The position numbers were made by a program, and so were the translations under genes. The notes beneath the pieces are model-generated. The model ran no database searches, was not told where the DNA came from, and saw only the letters and a list, made by a program, of their open reading frames with translations. Below are positions 8,513-20,400 of a stretch of DNA of 34,679 nucleotides, one piece after another (position 1 is the stretch's first letter; each line of letters starts with the position of its first letter). The DNA comes from Candidatus Helarchaeota archaeon (GTDB lineage: Archaea; Asgardarchaeota; Lokiarchaeia; Helarchaeales; RDOG01), in assembly GCA_029838215.1 (NCBI GenBank), contig JALGVI010000036.1:1-34679 (forward strand). Direction: 5' to 3'.

Positions 8513-10177
8513 TCATACTGGAGTCTTTGCCGTTGCCGGAACCGCCATGGCTTTAGCTTTTTTAGTTGCTTGTTTAGGGCGTCTGTATATTTTTGGTCGT
8601 CTTTGAAGCTTGATTATGGAACCAATTGTCGGGAATGCCAGGGCAATGGGTAGTAATAAAATGGTGATCATTTCAGCCGTTTGAAATTCAATACTGTAAA
8701 TAATATCGGGTGGAGGAATCAGGAATAAGAATTGAAAAATATTTGACACGTTCATAATTAGAAAGGTGAGCAAAACCAGCGTGACGATGCGATAGAGAGC
8801 ATTCTTTCCAGCAGTGATTAGAAGTTTTTTCTTTGAAGGCAATGCCGCGCTTGCAGTAAGAGTTGCTCTCGCGTTTTTATCTTGACGATAACGTTCTTCA
8901 ACATAACTATTTAATTGTTGTACTTTCGAGACGTCCAAAATTTCTTCTTCTTCTTCCTCTTTTAATAGAGATAGGATTTTTTGTTCTCTTTTCGTTATTG
9001 ACTTTTTGCGAATATCGGATACTTTTTCCGATTCTTTTCGTTTTTCAATCATTTCCCGCATGTAATCAAATGCTTCGGAGGAAAAGAATTTTCTAATGGT
9101 TACGGACTGTGTTTGCATCATTCCCTCTTCTTGAATTTCTTCTTCAGATTCTTCCAAGAGCTTTTTCTTTTCTTCTTTTAATTTTGCAAGGCGTTCAAGT
9201 TGTTTCATTTGTTCTTCCAAACGTTGACCGCGATATGCAGAAGGTAAGAATACTTCATAAATATAGGAAGTCTGACATGCAACTTCCAAATAGATCAAGG
9301 AAAAAAATACCGCCATGAATACCGGGTTAAAGAAAAACGTGAAAAGTGGATTTCCATAGAAGAGAGTTTTATTATTCACTAAAGGGTTAACCAATTGCGT
9401 AAAACTCTCTAAATCAGAACCAATGGCATTTAGATTTCCTCCTTTCAAAAAGGAATTGAAGAACACCATTGCTATTATAATAATAAAGATATATTGAATC
9501 CATTTCAGTTTTCTTTTAGAAATGGCAGTTCTCAGCTTGAAGAGATATATGAATGCAACGAGAGCAAATGGCAGGGAAAACAGCAGGTTAAATACGGATG
9601 AAAATATATTTAGAAAAGGGACAGACTCATAAAAAGTAATGTATGTTATTAAAGTGCCAATCGTGGGCGTGAAAATGGCTATGAACATGGGAAGAATCAT
9701 GAAAATGAACGAATAAAATGCCCATTTCGTGTCACAATTGATCAAGAAATACGCCATTGAGAGTGTTGCACCCAGAACAAAAAGCGGAAATAATGAGAAA
9801 TAAAATGCCACGAAGAAATCATCGGGAGGAACACCTATCGGAACGAAACCGAATGGAGGAATTAAAAGGTTTGGAGGCGTTAGAAACACGTATGGATTAT
9901 AATAGAAAACGGCATAAACACCCCAGTAGATGAGAATAAATGCATTAGTGAATATCTGTCCTAGTAGCGTTAATAAGCCAACAAACAATGTAAGTAGAGG
10001 ATTTTGAACGTTTGTCGTGCCTGCTCCTAGGAGGACAGGATTCCAAATTCCGACATTGAAGTTCTGAAAGACAGCTATCAATGAGATCGTGAACAGGACA
10101 GCGGTAATAATTCGAAATACATTTATTGTTAATTCGCTGCGAAACCGTCTTCCAACTTCTTCTATTAGGAGTGCCAC
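8513..10177 (-). CDS. Polytopic membrane protein (~9 TM) with a charged cytoplasmic coiled coil; last gene of the MoxR cluster
   Basis: About 7 hydrophobic segments, then an E/K/R-rich region, then 2 more TMs. The GTG start lies 2 nt after the DUF58 stop. Confidence 0.75.
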   Translation of the reverse strand: MALLIEEVGRRFRSELTINVFRIITAVLFTISLIAVFQNFNVGIWNPVLLGAGTTNVQNPLLTLFVGLLTLLGQIFTNAFILIYWGVYAVFYYNPYVFLTPPNLLIPPFGFVPIGVPPDDFFVAFYFSLFPLFVLGATLSMAYFLINCDTKWAFYSFIFMILPMFIAIFTPTIGTLITYITFYESVPFLNIFSSVFNLLFSLPFALVAFIYLFKLRTAISKRKLKWIQYIFIIIIAMVFFNSFLKGGNLNAIGSDLESFTQLVNPLVNNKTLFYGNPLFTFFFNPVFMAVFFSLIYLEVACQTSYIYEVFLPSAYRGQRLEEQMKQLERLAKLKEEKKKLLEESEEEIQEEGMMQTQSVTIRKFFSSEAFDYMREMIEKRKESEKVSDIRKKSITKREQKILSLLKEEEEEEILDVSKVQQLNSYVEERYRQDKNARATLTASAALPSKKKLLITAGKNALYRIVTLVLLTFLIMNVSNIFQFLFLIPPPDIIYSIEFQTAEMITILLLPIALAFPTIGSIIKLQRRPKIYRRPKQATKKAKAMAVPATAKTPV

Positions 10178-10179
10178 GT

Positions 10180-11514
10180 TTACACCAAACCAGTTCCTTT
10201 TTTCTTAGCTTTTTGATATTCAGTAATGACAATGGGGAAAAAATCCGCAGGACCTACATCTATTATGTCTACGCCGAATTGTCCCGCTTTTTTCTTGAGT
10301 TCTAATCTTTTCTCCCATAACTCTTCACTCACGGCAGTCGTTAGAGCCATGTCGATGTTAGAAAGCTCTTCAGGGCGACCTTCAAACCAGGGTCCAAATG
10401 GACTTATAATGATGCATTGATGCTTGTAAGATCTTGCAATTTTTAATGCTTCAACGAATTCATCTTTCACGTTTTCACAATCCGTGATGATGAAGAAAAA
10501 ACTTGCTTTTGGAATACGTTTCACGGCATAATCTATTGCTTCCATCAAAACTTTTTTACCTTTAGCTTGAACCCGTGAAAGATTTTCCATGATCGTATAA
10601 ACCTGACGATTTCCTGCGGATGGTTCAACAAAATAGTGCGTTTTATTCGAAAAAAGCAACAACCCGACTTGATCCCGTCTTTCCAAGGCAAGATTTGCTA
10701 ACAGAATTGTTGCACGGATGGAATATTCCAGCTTGTCTTCTTCGAATTTCCCACGTGTCATTGTATTTGAAACATCTAATAGTATCAGGACTCGAATGTT
10801 CTTTTCAGATTCGAATTCACGCGTCATTAATTTACGAGTTTTAGCCGTGGCTTTCCAGTCTATTCGGCGAAATTCATCTCCAGAGGTATATTGGCGGATT
10901 CCGTAGAATTCTGCACCCAATCCTTTTTGCTTATGGGAATGAATACCATAAATGATACCCTGTCGTCGTTTTCCTGCAAATGCTTGCATTCTTCTTATGT
11001 CTTGGAAATCAGGATATACTAGAGTTTCGGTAATCACGTCAATTCCAGTATCTTCAACATGAAAACCCAATCGATCACGAACAATTAATTTTGCAGGTCC
11101 TAGGTTATATACGCCTCGGAGTCTTGCCTGAAGGATATAAGAAAACGTGATTTCGCCTCCAGCATCGATGCGCGTTCCCATCCAGTTTTCGCCTAACACT
11201 AAGGTAAAAGCCTGTGGAGGATAAATGTCATACACTTCAATGTAATCGTAATCTCTCGTCCCCACGTTTTTGATTTTTATCGTGATATGAATGAATTCAT
11301 TCACGAATACTTTATCTTTATCATACGTGCGTTCCAAGATGAGATCTTTAGAAACATCGACAGAAGCTTCGAAGAATGGGATGCTGATTACCGAGGCCAA
11401 AATAAAAATTACTCCCAAAAGGATCAAGAAGTAATTACCGGGAAAGTTCCAAAATCCAATGAAAAGGAAGAGAATTCCTCCAAGGATGAAATATCGGGCT
11501 CGTTGGGTGATCAT
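10180..11514 (-). CDS. DUF58 family vWA-domain protein (MoxR partner)
   Basis: N-terminal TM hairpin and Ig-like segment, then EFYGIRQYTSGDEFRRIDWKATAK, MTREFESE and the MIDAS-like LLDVSNTM. Confidence 0.92.
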   Translation of the reverse strand: MITQRARYFILGGILFLFIGFWNFPGNYFLILLGVIFILASVISIPFFEASVDVSKDLILERTYDKDKVFVNEFIHITIKIKNVGTRDYDYIEVYDIYPPQAFTLVLGENWMGTRIDAGGEITFSYILQARLRGVYNLGPAKLIVRDRLGFHVEDTGIDVITETLVYPDFQDIRRMQAFAGKRRQGIIYGIHSHKQKGLGAEFYGIRQYTSGDEFRRIDWKATAKTRKLMTREFESEKNIRVLILLDVSNTMTRGKFEEDKLEYSIRATILLANLALERRDQVGLLLFSNKTHYFVEPSAGNRQVYTIMENLSRVQAKGKKVLMEAIDYAVKRIPKASFFFIITDCENVKDEFVEALKIARSYKHQCIIISPFGPWFEGRPEELSNIDMALTTAVSEELWEKRLELKKKAGQFGVDIIDVGPADFFPIVITEYQKAKKKGTGLV

Positions 11515-11529
11515 GAATATCTCTCGCGA

Positions 11530-12477
11530 TTAAACAGGTACATCAATATCTTCTAGTATTCTTTGAATGACCTTATCCACGGACAGTCCGCCTAATTCTG
11601 CTTCTGGTTTTAGAATGAGACGATGAAACATCGTATATCGGGATAGAACTTTGACATCATCAGGTATCACGTAATCCCGACCAAGGATTGCAGCTCGAGC
11701 CTTTGAGCTATTCAGTAAAGCCAGGGACACACGTGGTCCACCACCAATGAGGATTTGAGGGTCATTTCGAGTTTTAAATACAAGATTTCGTATGAATTTC
11801 ATGATGTCTTTATCCACGTGGACACCCTTCACAGCCTGTTGCATTGCTACGAGTTGTTCAGGGTCGGTAACTGGAGAGACTTGGGCTTGTATTTTCTTGT
11901 GCTTGCGTTTGATCAATTCTACTTCTTCCTCTTCAGATGGATAGTCCACGATTAGCTTGAATAAAAAGCGATCCGTTTGGGCTTCGGGTAATGGATATGT
12001 TCCTTCCATCTCCAGTGGGTTTTGCGTGGCTAACACCATGAATGGACTTTGAAGCGGGTATGTCGTGCCTTCGATCGTGACCTGTTTTTCAGCCATGCAT
12101 TCCAATAACGCAGATTGTGTTTTTGGTGGTGCACGATTAATTTCATCCGCCAAGATCATGTTGGCGAATATCGGTCCTTGTCTTAATTCGAATTCATTGG
12201 TTTTTGGATTCAATATGTTTGTCCCGATGATATCTGCGGGAAGCAAATCCGGCGTGAATTGAATTCTGTGAAAGCTGCAACCGATTGCAGTAGCAAACGC
12301 ATTCGCCATGAAAGTCTTGGCGACACCGGGCACGCCCTCCAATAACACGTGTTCATTGCATAAGAGAGCAATGAATATGTTTTGAAGGACTTCACCTTTT
12401 CCAACCACTACTTTTCGAACTTCCGTGAGTACTTTCTGTGCGAGATCTCGCACGTCTTCTACTTTATATTCGCTCAT
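11530..12477 (-). CDS. moxR: MoxR family AAA+ ATPase (MoxR-proper type)
   Basis: LLEGVPGVAKT, RIQFTPDLLPADI, LADEINRAPPKTQSALLE, ATQNPLE.EGTYPLPEAQ.DRF and GRDYVIPDD. Confidence 0.96.
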   Translation of the reverse strand: MSEYKVEDVRDLAQKVLTEVRKVVVGKGEVLQNIFIALLCNEHVLLEGVPGVAKTFMANAFATAIGCSFHRIQFTPDLLPADIIGTNILNPKTNEFELRQGPIFANMILADEINRAPPKTQSALLECMAEKQVTIEGTTYPLQSPFMVLATQNPLEMEGTYPLPEAQTDRFLFKLIVDYPSEEEEVELIKRKHKKIQAQVSPVTDPEQLVAMQQAVKGVHVDKDIMKFIRNLVFKTRNDPQILIGGGPRVSLALLNSSKARAAILGRDYVIPDDVKVLSRYTMFHRLILKPEAELGGLSVDKVIQRILEDIDVPV

Positions 12478-12499
12478 TTATCATTCACCATTTTCATTA

Positions 12500-13915
12500 T
12501 CATGATAGAATTGAATCAGAGATCCATCTCATTTCATAGAAATAATGCATGAAATCATATGGATCCTTAATTTTAAGTTGATTTTTTTCGATTAATTCAA
12601 GCCGCCGAAGGTTGGCTTTTATTCGATTTATGTTTATTCTTGGTTTGACTTTCAGGATTTCTTCAATTATCAAATCTTTATCAAATTCTTTAAGCTCCAG
12701 CCCCGTGATAAGACTTCGTTTCAACCTACGATACAAAAGAGCTAAAGCCTTGTTAAATTGTCTCTTTTCCTTGAACCATTTCATTCGTTCGTAATATATT
12801 GTCTTGCCTTTCTTCTTGTAGAGCTCGGATCTTTTCTGAATTTTTGGCATTTCTGCTTTCGGAATGAATCTCTTGATTGTCCTGAAAATGAAGTAAGGAG
12901 TTATGACGGACAAGACACCTATGGAAGAACAATATACAAACATCAAAATGAAACCGAAAAATGGCGGGACCAATTTGGCTTGATGACCTTCATCAAACAA
13001 TATTTGAGTTGTATCGGCGTCGGCGAGGAAATTGACAATATTCCGCACGAATTGTTTATTATCAACGCCGCTATCGCCATAATTTTCATTTACAAAAATA
13101 TCAGGGTCACTTAAAATGATTATATTGCCGCTACGACCCAAAGCAGCAATAACATGGCTTTCTCCATTTTCATTTGTATCTTGGGCTCCGTTATAATTAG
13201 AATCCAGCCAGCTCATGCTACTGCTTGCCGCAATTGGAATCCACGTGGTAAATCCGAATCCAAAAAATGAGAAACCACCGAATAGATTTACTTGGATTGC
13301 CGCCGCCTGACTCACTTTCACGGTCGTGACCCCAGCTCCCAATACGGGATCAAAATTTTGAATGAGAACATTAGTTGGATTACCATCGTTAAATCCTTCA
13401 TCATAGAGAATTCCGGGTTTTAATTCAGCGCCCAACGGCATTGTTGCAGTACCCCAGGAAATTCCGAATAATCCAACAATTGTTTTCGTGAGATAGTCAA
13501 ACAAGAGATCGAAATCATTTAGGATGCACAGCCAATTTGTAGTGCCAAAATCACCTGCAATCACGATCTTTCCGCCATCTTCAAGAAATGAAATCAATCC
13601 ATAAATTTCAATGGGGTTATATATATGAGCAGGAGCAATTATAAAAAGAATAGACTTTTTATCAGTCTTATTTGTTACCGAGAGTGAAGAAACAAGAGTC
13701 TTGACTTCGAATTGGGGCACTCCGTTTCCATTTTGAAGATCATCACGAAATTGTGACAGTCCCTTGCTTCCCTCATTAAAAATTGAATATTGATTGTAGA
13801 TTTGACCAAAATTTGGATCAGATGCAGAGAAAAGGGATCCTAGCGAATACATCGGAGCAAATATCAGCGGCAATAGACAGATCCCAAATAGAACCATTAA
13901 AGCAACGGATCCCAT
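12500..13915 (-). CDS. DUF4350-like membrane-anchored protein
   Basis: N-terminal TM, then a GATase-like extracellular domain (FLEDGGKIVIAGD, IIILSDPDIFVN, LFDEGH), a second TM and a helical cytoplasmic tail. The true start may be ATT 13972. Confidence 0.8.
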   Translation of the reverse strand: MGSVALMVLFGICLLPLIFAPMYSLGSLFSASDPNFGQIYNQYSIFNEGSKGLSQFRDDLQNGNGVPQFEVKTLVSSLSVTNKTDKKSILFIIAPAHIYNPIEIYGLISFLEDGGKIVIAGDFGTTNWLCILNDFDLLFDYLTKTIVGLFGISWGTATMPLGAELKPGILYDEGFNDGNPTNVLIQNFDPVLGAGVTTVKVSQAAAIQVNLFGGFSFFGFGFTTWIPIAASSSMSWLDSNYNGAQDTNENGESHVIAALGRSGNIIILSDPDIFVNENYGDSGVDNKQFVRNIVNFLADADTTQILFDEGHQAKLVPPFFGFILMFVYCSSIGVLSVITPYFIFRTIKRFIPKAEMPKIQKRSELYKKKGKTIYYERMKWFKEKRQFNKALALLYRRLKRSLITGLELKEFDKDLIIEEILKVKPRININRIKANLRRLELIEKNQLKIKDPYDFMHYFYEMRWISDSILS

Positions 13916-14002
13916 GCCAATCTTTTTTCTCTTCTTGTCCTTTCCTATTGTCTCATCTTGGGTTGATGAAATTGTTCCTCACTCCGATTAATTCTAATAG
14001 AT

Positions 14003-14374
14003 TTATGCTGTAGCGCGCTGACGTCGGCTCCTAGGTTTGGAGCGCATTTCTTCTTCAAGTCGCTTCATCATCTTGTGAGCATCCATGAAGACACTCTGAG
14101 TTCCTTCACGAAGACCAAAACGAACTTCTTCGTAAAGCGTAGTAAATGGATAAACCAGGGATGGATCAAGACCATCCTTCACGAGATCCATCACGAATTC
14201 GCGATAGGTTTTGTGTCTGGGTCGATCTTTTCCAAAATGGTCTTCTGCAAGGTTTATGAATGTTCCATAGCAGAGACAGATTGCTTCACGAATGCGGTTT
14301 CCCTCTTTTAATAGGTCCAAGTTTTTTTCAACTTGTTTCATGTTCACCAATACTCGTCCTCTTGCTCTAGGCAT
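14003..14374 (-). CDS. Stand-alone DUF4129-like protein
   Basis: REAI..CY, KTYREF and LYEEVRFG motifs parallel the C-terminal domain of the upstream giant protein. Confidence 0.75.
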   Translation of the reverse strand: MPRARGRVLVNMKQVEKNLDLLKEGNRIREAICLCYGTFINLAEDHFGKDRPRHKTYREFVMDLVKDGLDPSLVYPFTTLYEEVRFGLREGTQSVFMDAHKMMKRLEEEMRSKPRSRRQRATA

Positions 14375-14450
14375 CTTAATATCATCCTTTTACATCATTT
14401 TTCTTTTTTTTCTTTCTTACAAATTTTCTTGTCAATTTAAATTAAATTTT

Positions 14451-17400
14451 TTATTCTGAAATCATGATTTCTTCTCCCGCTACCTGTTCTTGGGCAACCG
14501 GGCTGGCAATTGATTCTTCTTCTTTTTCTTTCAACACGTCTTTATGAGTTAAATTAACGATGGTTTTTGCCAATCGATTATAGACTTTTTCTGCTTTCTC
14601 ATAATCAGCTCGTGTCATTCCATGCTTCGAAAATCGAGCTTCTTCATAGAGATCCAGCAGTAGAAAAGCATCTTTATCATCAATTTTCTCCACCCTGCGG
14701 GTGATCATTTCGATAAACTCTCGATTTGTCTTACCCGTCTTTCGGGTCAATTTCAAATATCCCCTACTGATGTATGCCAGATTGGAAAAGAGAAAGATTA
14801 TTGCTTCATTTATCCGTCCTCCATCAAGAAGGGTTTGAATCTTTTGAGCATTTCCAACTACATCAATAATTTTCGCTTTTATTTCTTGCTGACGTCGATA
14901 TAACTTCAAAGCGATGAACGCACCTACGGCAGCCACTACAGCTACTACTAAAACAAGTAGTAAAGTAATAACAATGGGCGTGATGTCAAATGGTCTTACA
15001 CCCAAATTAACGAAACCGCCTTCTTTTGAAGTTCCATGATAAGTTACCGTGACATTTATCCAATCAGGAATCTGACTTGATAATACTTGCGTGACTGAAA
15101 ATGCACCATTTGTTCCCGTAGTTAATGGAGTGGCAATTGTTGTATCAACGCCACTGAAGTTGGCAATTATTGTCAAATATTTACCAGGAATACCTATCGC
15201 TGGTGCGGCAGCATCAACCAATTGCCCCGAAAACACGGCTACATCCGTGAAATAGTAACTCGGGTTATTACTCGAAATTGAGAGTTGAGGCGTTGTATAG
15301 AAATAAACCTTGAACGAAAATGTTATGTTGTTAATGTATGGATTTGCATCATTAAAACGAATGACGGCATCAAACTCGGTTCCAAGGGAAGCATTGCTTG
15401 CAGTTGGTCTATACGTAAATTGAAAATAGCCGCCTCCATAGGTTACATTAGTAACTGTAAGATTATCATCAATCAGGAGTTCCATGCTTTTTCCATTCCA
15501 GTGATCATATCCACCGTTTTCCGTGAGTCGACCCGTGATGTTAATATATTCCCAACCAACATGAAAGAAATAAGTTTGAGATACAAGACTTTGATAATTG
15601 GATAAGTCATCATTGTAAATTTGTAACTGAGTATAAGTTGACGTGTAATTAACTTCTAGGCTTGCGGGAGTCGAATTTTTTGAATTTAAAGCAACCAATT
15701 CTATAATTACTTGCCATTCACCCATTTCCGCAGGATTTGAAGGAAATGTAAAAGCACCTTGAGCATTTGTCTGAACGGAACCAGCGAAAGATTCAGAATT
15801 ATTGCCAAGGGTCAGATTTTTTATGTATAAATTCACGGTTCGATATTGAATATTGTATATTCCCGATAGGACTACTGACCCGGAGATCACGATATTCTCC
15901 TTGTAGGAGGCTTGATATGGGGGATTTTGACCATTGATCAAGACATTAATTCCAATGTTTGCGATATCAAATACCAATATTGAAGCATCTTGATTTGTTG
16001 CCAAGATGAAATCGGTGCCGTTATATTTCAGATTAACGTTATTCGGACCTATGGTCGCTCCTGCAGGAATATTTGCCTCTATATAGAAGAATCCATTACC
16101 ATCAGTCAAGGCACTTCCTATAGTAATTCCGCCAACGTGGGCAGATATATTATATCCAGAGGAATTGTAATATAATGAATCTCCGCCAAGAATGGAGAGA
16201 TATCCTGTTATATTAACGTTCTCACCTTGCTGAACATTTAAATATGAACTCGAATTTACCAATAAGTTATTAAAAGTGGTCGTAGCATTAACTTGGAGGT
16301 TAAAATTATACGCGTGAGAAGAATTCTTTGCCACGCCTGCCCTAAGCACGGCAGTCACGTTAAATTGACCGAGGTAATTCGTCAGCTCGACGCCCGTGAA
16401 GGATTTGCTGTATGTTCCCGACACGTCAGTTAGTAGAGAATCAAGCAGGAATTCAGAACCATTGCCAAACGTCACGTTTGTAATGTATATATCCACGTAT
16501 CTAGCATAAATGGGATCACTTCCTGAAAGCACGTTTCCCTGAATCGTTATGCCGTTTTCGCGATATTGAGCATTGTATCGAGTGCTTCCGCCAATAGAAA
16601 GAGAAATAGTAAGATTATTCACGTTATTATCGAACACAAAAAACGTGATAATGTCAGATGTAGATGCAATGGAAGTTGTTCCATTGAACAATACAGTTAT
16701 TGTATTAGTTCCTAGGGAAAATAGGGGCGTTACCGTCGTGGTGATTTGAAAAAGACCGTTAGCATCGGTAAATGCGGCACCGAGAGTAATCCCATTGAGA
16801 TGGATTGATATATTTTGATTTGAGAAAGGAGCCGTCCCAGCAGTATTTTTCAAGTACCCCGTAACAACCACGGGTTCACCCATTTGTGCGTAAAAATTCG
16901 TGCTTCCATTCACCAATAATGTAAAGAATTTTGATGAAGTAGTAACATTAAATTCGGTCACGTTATAGGAAGTATTTGAAAATGCACCCATGAACCGGGC
17001 CGTTGCGTTGAAATATCCCAATTTATCGGAAGTGGGTGGATCAAAATCAGTATATGGAGTATAGGTCGTTTGATAAAACCCATTTACTTGGGTGATTACA
17101 GTCCTATTCAGCGTGGAATTCAGGTAAATTTGAACAGTTCGACCGACAAGACCGACACCCCCCGAATCCAATAGAGATCCCGATAACGTGACTTGTTCGT
17201 TCCAATCAAGTGTACTCCTTGATGCGTTAATATTCAATACCGTTCCATTGAAAACATAAATGTCCACTGTAGTTGAGCTATAATTGTAATAGTTTGTTCC
17301 GTAAAACGTGAGCAGTATTTGTTGGTCGCCAAGCAAGGTTGCATTTTCAGGCATGTCAAACGTGATCGTGAAGTCACCATTTGCATCAGTGGTACCACCA

Positions 17401-20400
17401 CCTAATTCCTGCCCTAAAATGGAAGCGTTGACTATCATGTTGGATGATGCATGGCCAGTATTATCCAAGAGCGAACCCGTGATTTCAAGAGTTTCATTTA
17501 ATTGGCAATACATCTTGCTCGTCGTGCCATTCACGAGTGTATTTGCAATGGAAGTAGTGTAATTCAATTCTATTGTTTTATTATACCAGCGAACCACTTG
17601 GATAGGTTGATCACTTGTACTATTAAATATCGACACGTTATACATGTCCGCAATGTCAATATCACTTCTAGGGACGATAAACGTGTGAGTGAACTCGCCG
17701 TTAGCATTTGTTGTATTTTGAGTCGACGAGATCACGGTATCATTAAAAATCACTTCGTAGTTAAAATCAGCAAACCCACCTTGTGGATGAAGGGTTGCAT
17801 TCAATAACGTGACGTTTCCCGATATTGTAATCGATGTGGTTCCAATCGTCGCAACGGAAGGCGTGACGGAGAGAATGTGGATTTCTACAAGATGTGCTAC
17901 GGCAGGATCATGAGCGGATACACACGATCCTCGGCTACTATTTCCACGATAAACGACATACACGTCAACATTACCAACATCATTTAATGGTACTTCATGA
18001 ACGAAACTAAAATTTCCATTGGCATCAGTTTTGACGGAACTCAAATTGAAATCACCAGAGCTGTTTGACCAATGAAGGTCAACATATTCTCCAACGATAG
18101 GTGTCACGCCATCATCTTCGACGAGAGTACCGTTCACGGTTGTATTATGTCCCGCAACGATTGGGAATCCTGGAATATCGCTATAAACGGTCTTATTTTC
18201 AATTGTCGAGCCAACCCAAAGGTTGATTGTATAGTTACCACTCACGTTTTCTGTTCCAGAAATGTAGAGATAATTGGGTAAAATATAATTGTAAGGAACA
18301 GGCCATTCAATTGAAAATGTCCCGTAAAATGCAGCCGTAAGATTGAAATATGCTCCTGCGGGATGAGTAGAAGACACGGAAAAATTCCCTTGGAATCCGG
18401 TTGGTGTTGTATATTGGTTTCCAGATTCAAAGGTACAATTTTGATTAGGACTTGAGATATTAATGTAATATCCATGAGGATAAAGTGCTTGATGCGTGAC
18501 GGGATCTTCGAATAATCCTGATGCCGTAAAATTCTCTCCACGAATTAGGGGGTCTGGAACCACGTTTGATAACGTAATATTGGTTTCACCAGTTAATCCA
18601 ATCGTCGTGGCATTCATGACTGCTTTAAAAGAACCCAAAATGGGATGAGGACCGACAACATCCGAAGTCGTGAAAGTCGTATTTGCTTGCACGTAACCGG
18701 AATCATTAACGGGTTCATCAACAATGATAAAAGTATCATTCACGAGATCATAAAAGCTGATGTTAATTTTTTGATTCAAGAGATTTGTCTTGAGAATTTG
18801 ATTATCACGCCATAGGGAAGCCGTGAATTCGATCCCCGTCCCGCGTGATACAACACTTGAAGAATTAAAGGTAACATTGACATCATAATGCATTGTTCTG
18901 ACTTTTTCATCAGGGATTCGAGCGGGATACCACGTGCCTCCACTACCTTGGGTTTCATTATACATGTATTTTGGAAGGGGAACGGGATCAAATTGTACCC
19001 AGTCACCAAAGCCCAAATCATCTTCAATCCAGACTTCAGCCCAGAAATGCTCGTTACTAATCCATTTATAATTGGAAGGATCTAATTGAATTCCACCATA
19101 TACAAGTCGAGATGATATGCCCAGATCTCTCAAGAACATGACAAATGCAGTTGAGATTTGTGCAGAGGTTCCATATCCATTTTGGAATAGTGCATCAAGA
19201 TCATATCCCGTTCCGTTTAATTCAGGCGTGAAGGAAAAGTTAGTCTTGAAGTATTCCATTACTGCCAAGACGGTATCATTTACCGTGGTAAGTGCAGGAT
19301 GATTGCGAAATTGGTCAATTTCATCACGTATATATTGCGGAATGTAAGATACAGACGTGTAATTAATGCCCGAACCATCATTTGGTGATCCCGGAGAGCC
19401 GATCGCATTCATGTTGCCTGCCCATGCATCGAAATCACCATTATAACTTCCATTGTATGGCACGCTATAGGTTACTTGAAGCCATGTTGGATCGGTTAAA
19501 CTTACAGAACCTCCTATTGACACGTTCCAGTATATAGCACCATAATTCACGTCATAGAGTAGATCGCTTTGATTTATTGTTCCTGAGCCGGACATTTTAG
19601 TAACATTAAAAGAGCCGTCAATCATGTTTGCAATTGGAGATAAGACTGGAAGCGGATATAACGCCGTCCCGTTGGTAATGGCAACGAGATCAATAGTAAT
19701 GTTATATACTTGTGCAGCGGTAACATTTGTAACGTTGGCATAAGTAACGTTGGATTTTGTCCACGTGCTGGAATCAAATTCATCGTAAGAATTCATCTTC
19801 CAGTAGGAACGGTTCGTGGACGTTGCGGGTTCTGCTTCAAAGTGCGTGCCGCTGGGACCGAAATCACCAAAGCCCCACACACCTTCGCCACCTCCAAATC
19901 CAGCACCTGCAACGGTTCCTTCACCATCGCCAAATGCTCCACCTCCGTATTCGCCCGATCCACCCGGATTACCCGGAGGACTCGCATCTAAATCACCATC
20001 GCCTCCATTAAGATCACCCCAAGTATTGTTATCGCTCGTTGGTGGAGTGAATCCCGTAGAACTGGAAGGATCGAATGGCCACCACATTCCATAGGAGGAA
20101 TTTATCGGGAGATATACTTCAGTCCAAGCATGTGCATTCATGAATTTAACAACTTCATAAGTTCCACTTCGGTCTCCCACGGAGAAGCCCGATATATAGC
20201 GTGTTGGGATACCCATTAATCGCAATAATACCGCATGAGCCGCTACGAAATCGTAGAAAATTCCCCATCCCCTATTATACATGAAATCATATACAGCATC
20301 AACACCAGCAGGGACTTCATATACGGAAATTGTACTGCTATATGGGTCTGAAGGGTCAATACCCAGATATTGAAATGGATCATAACTGAATGATTGAGTC

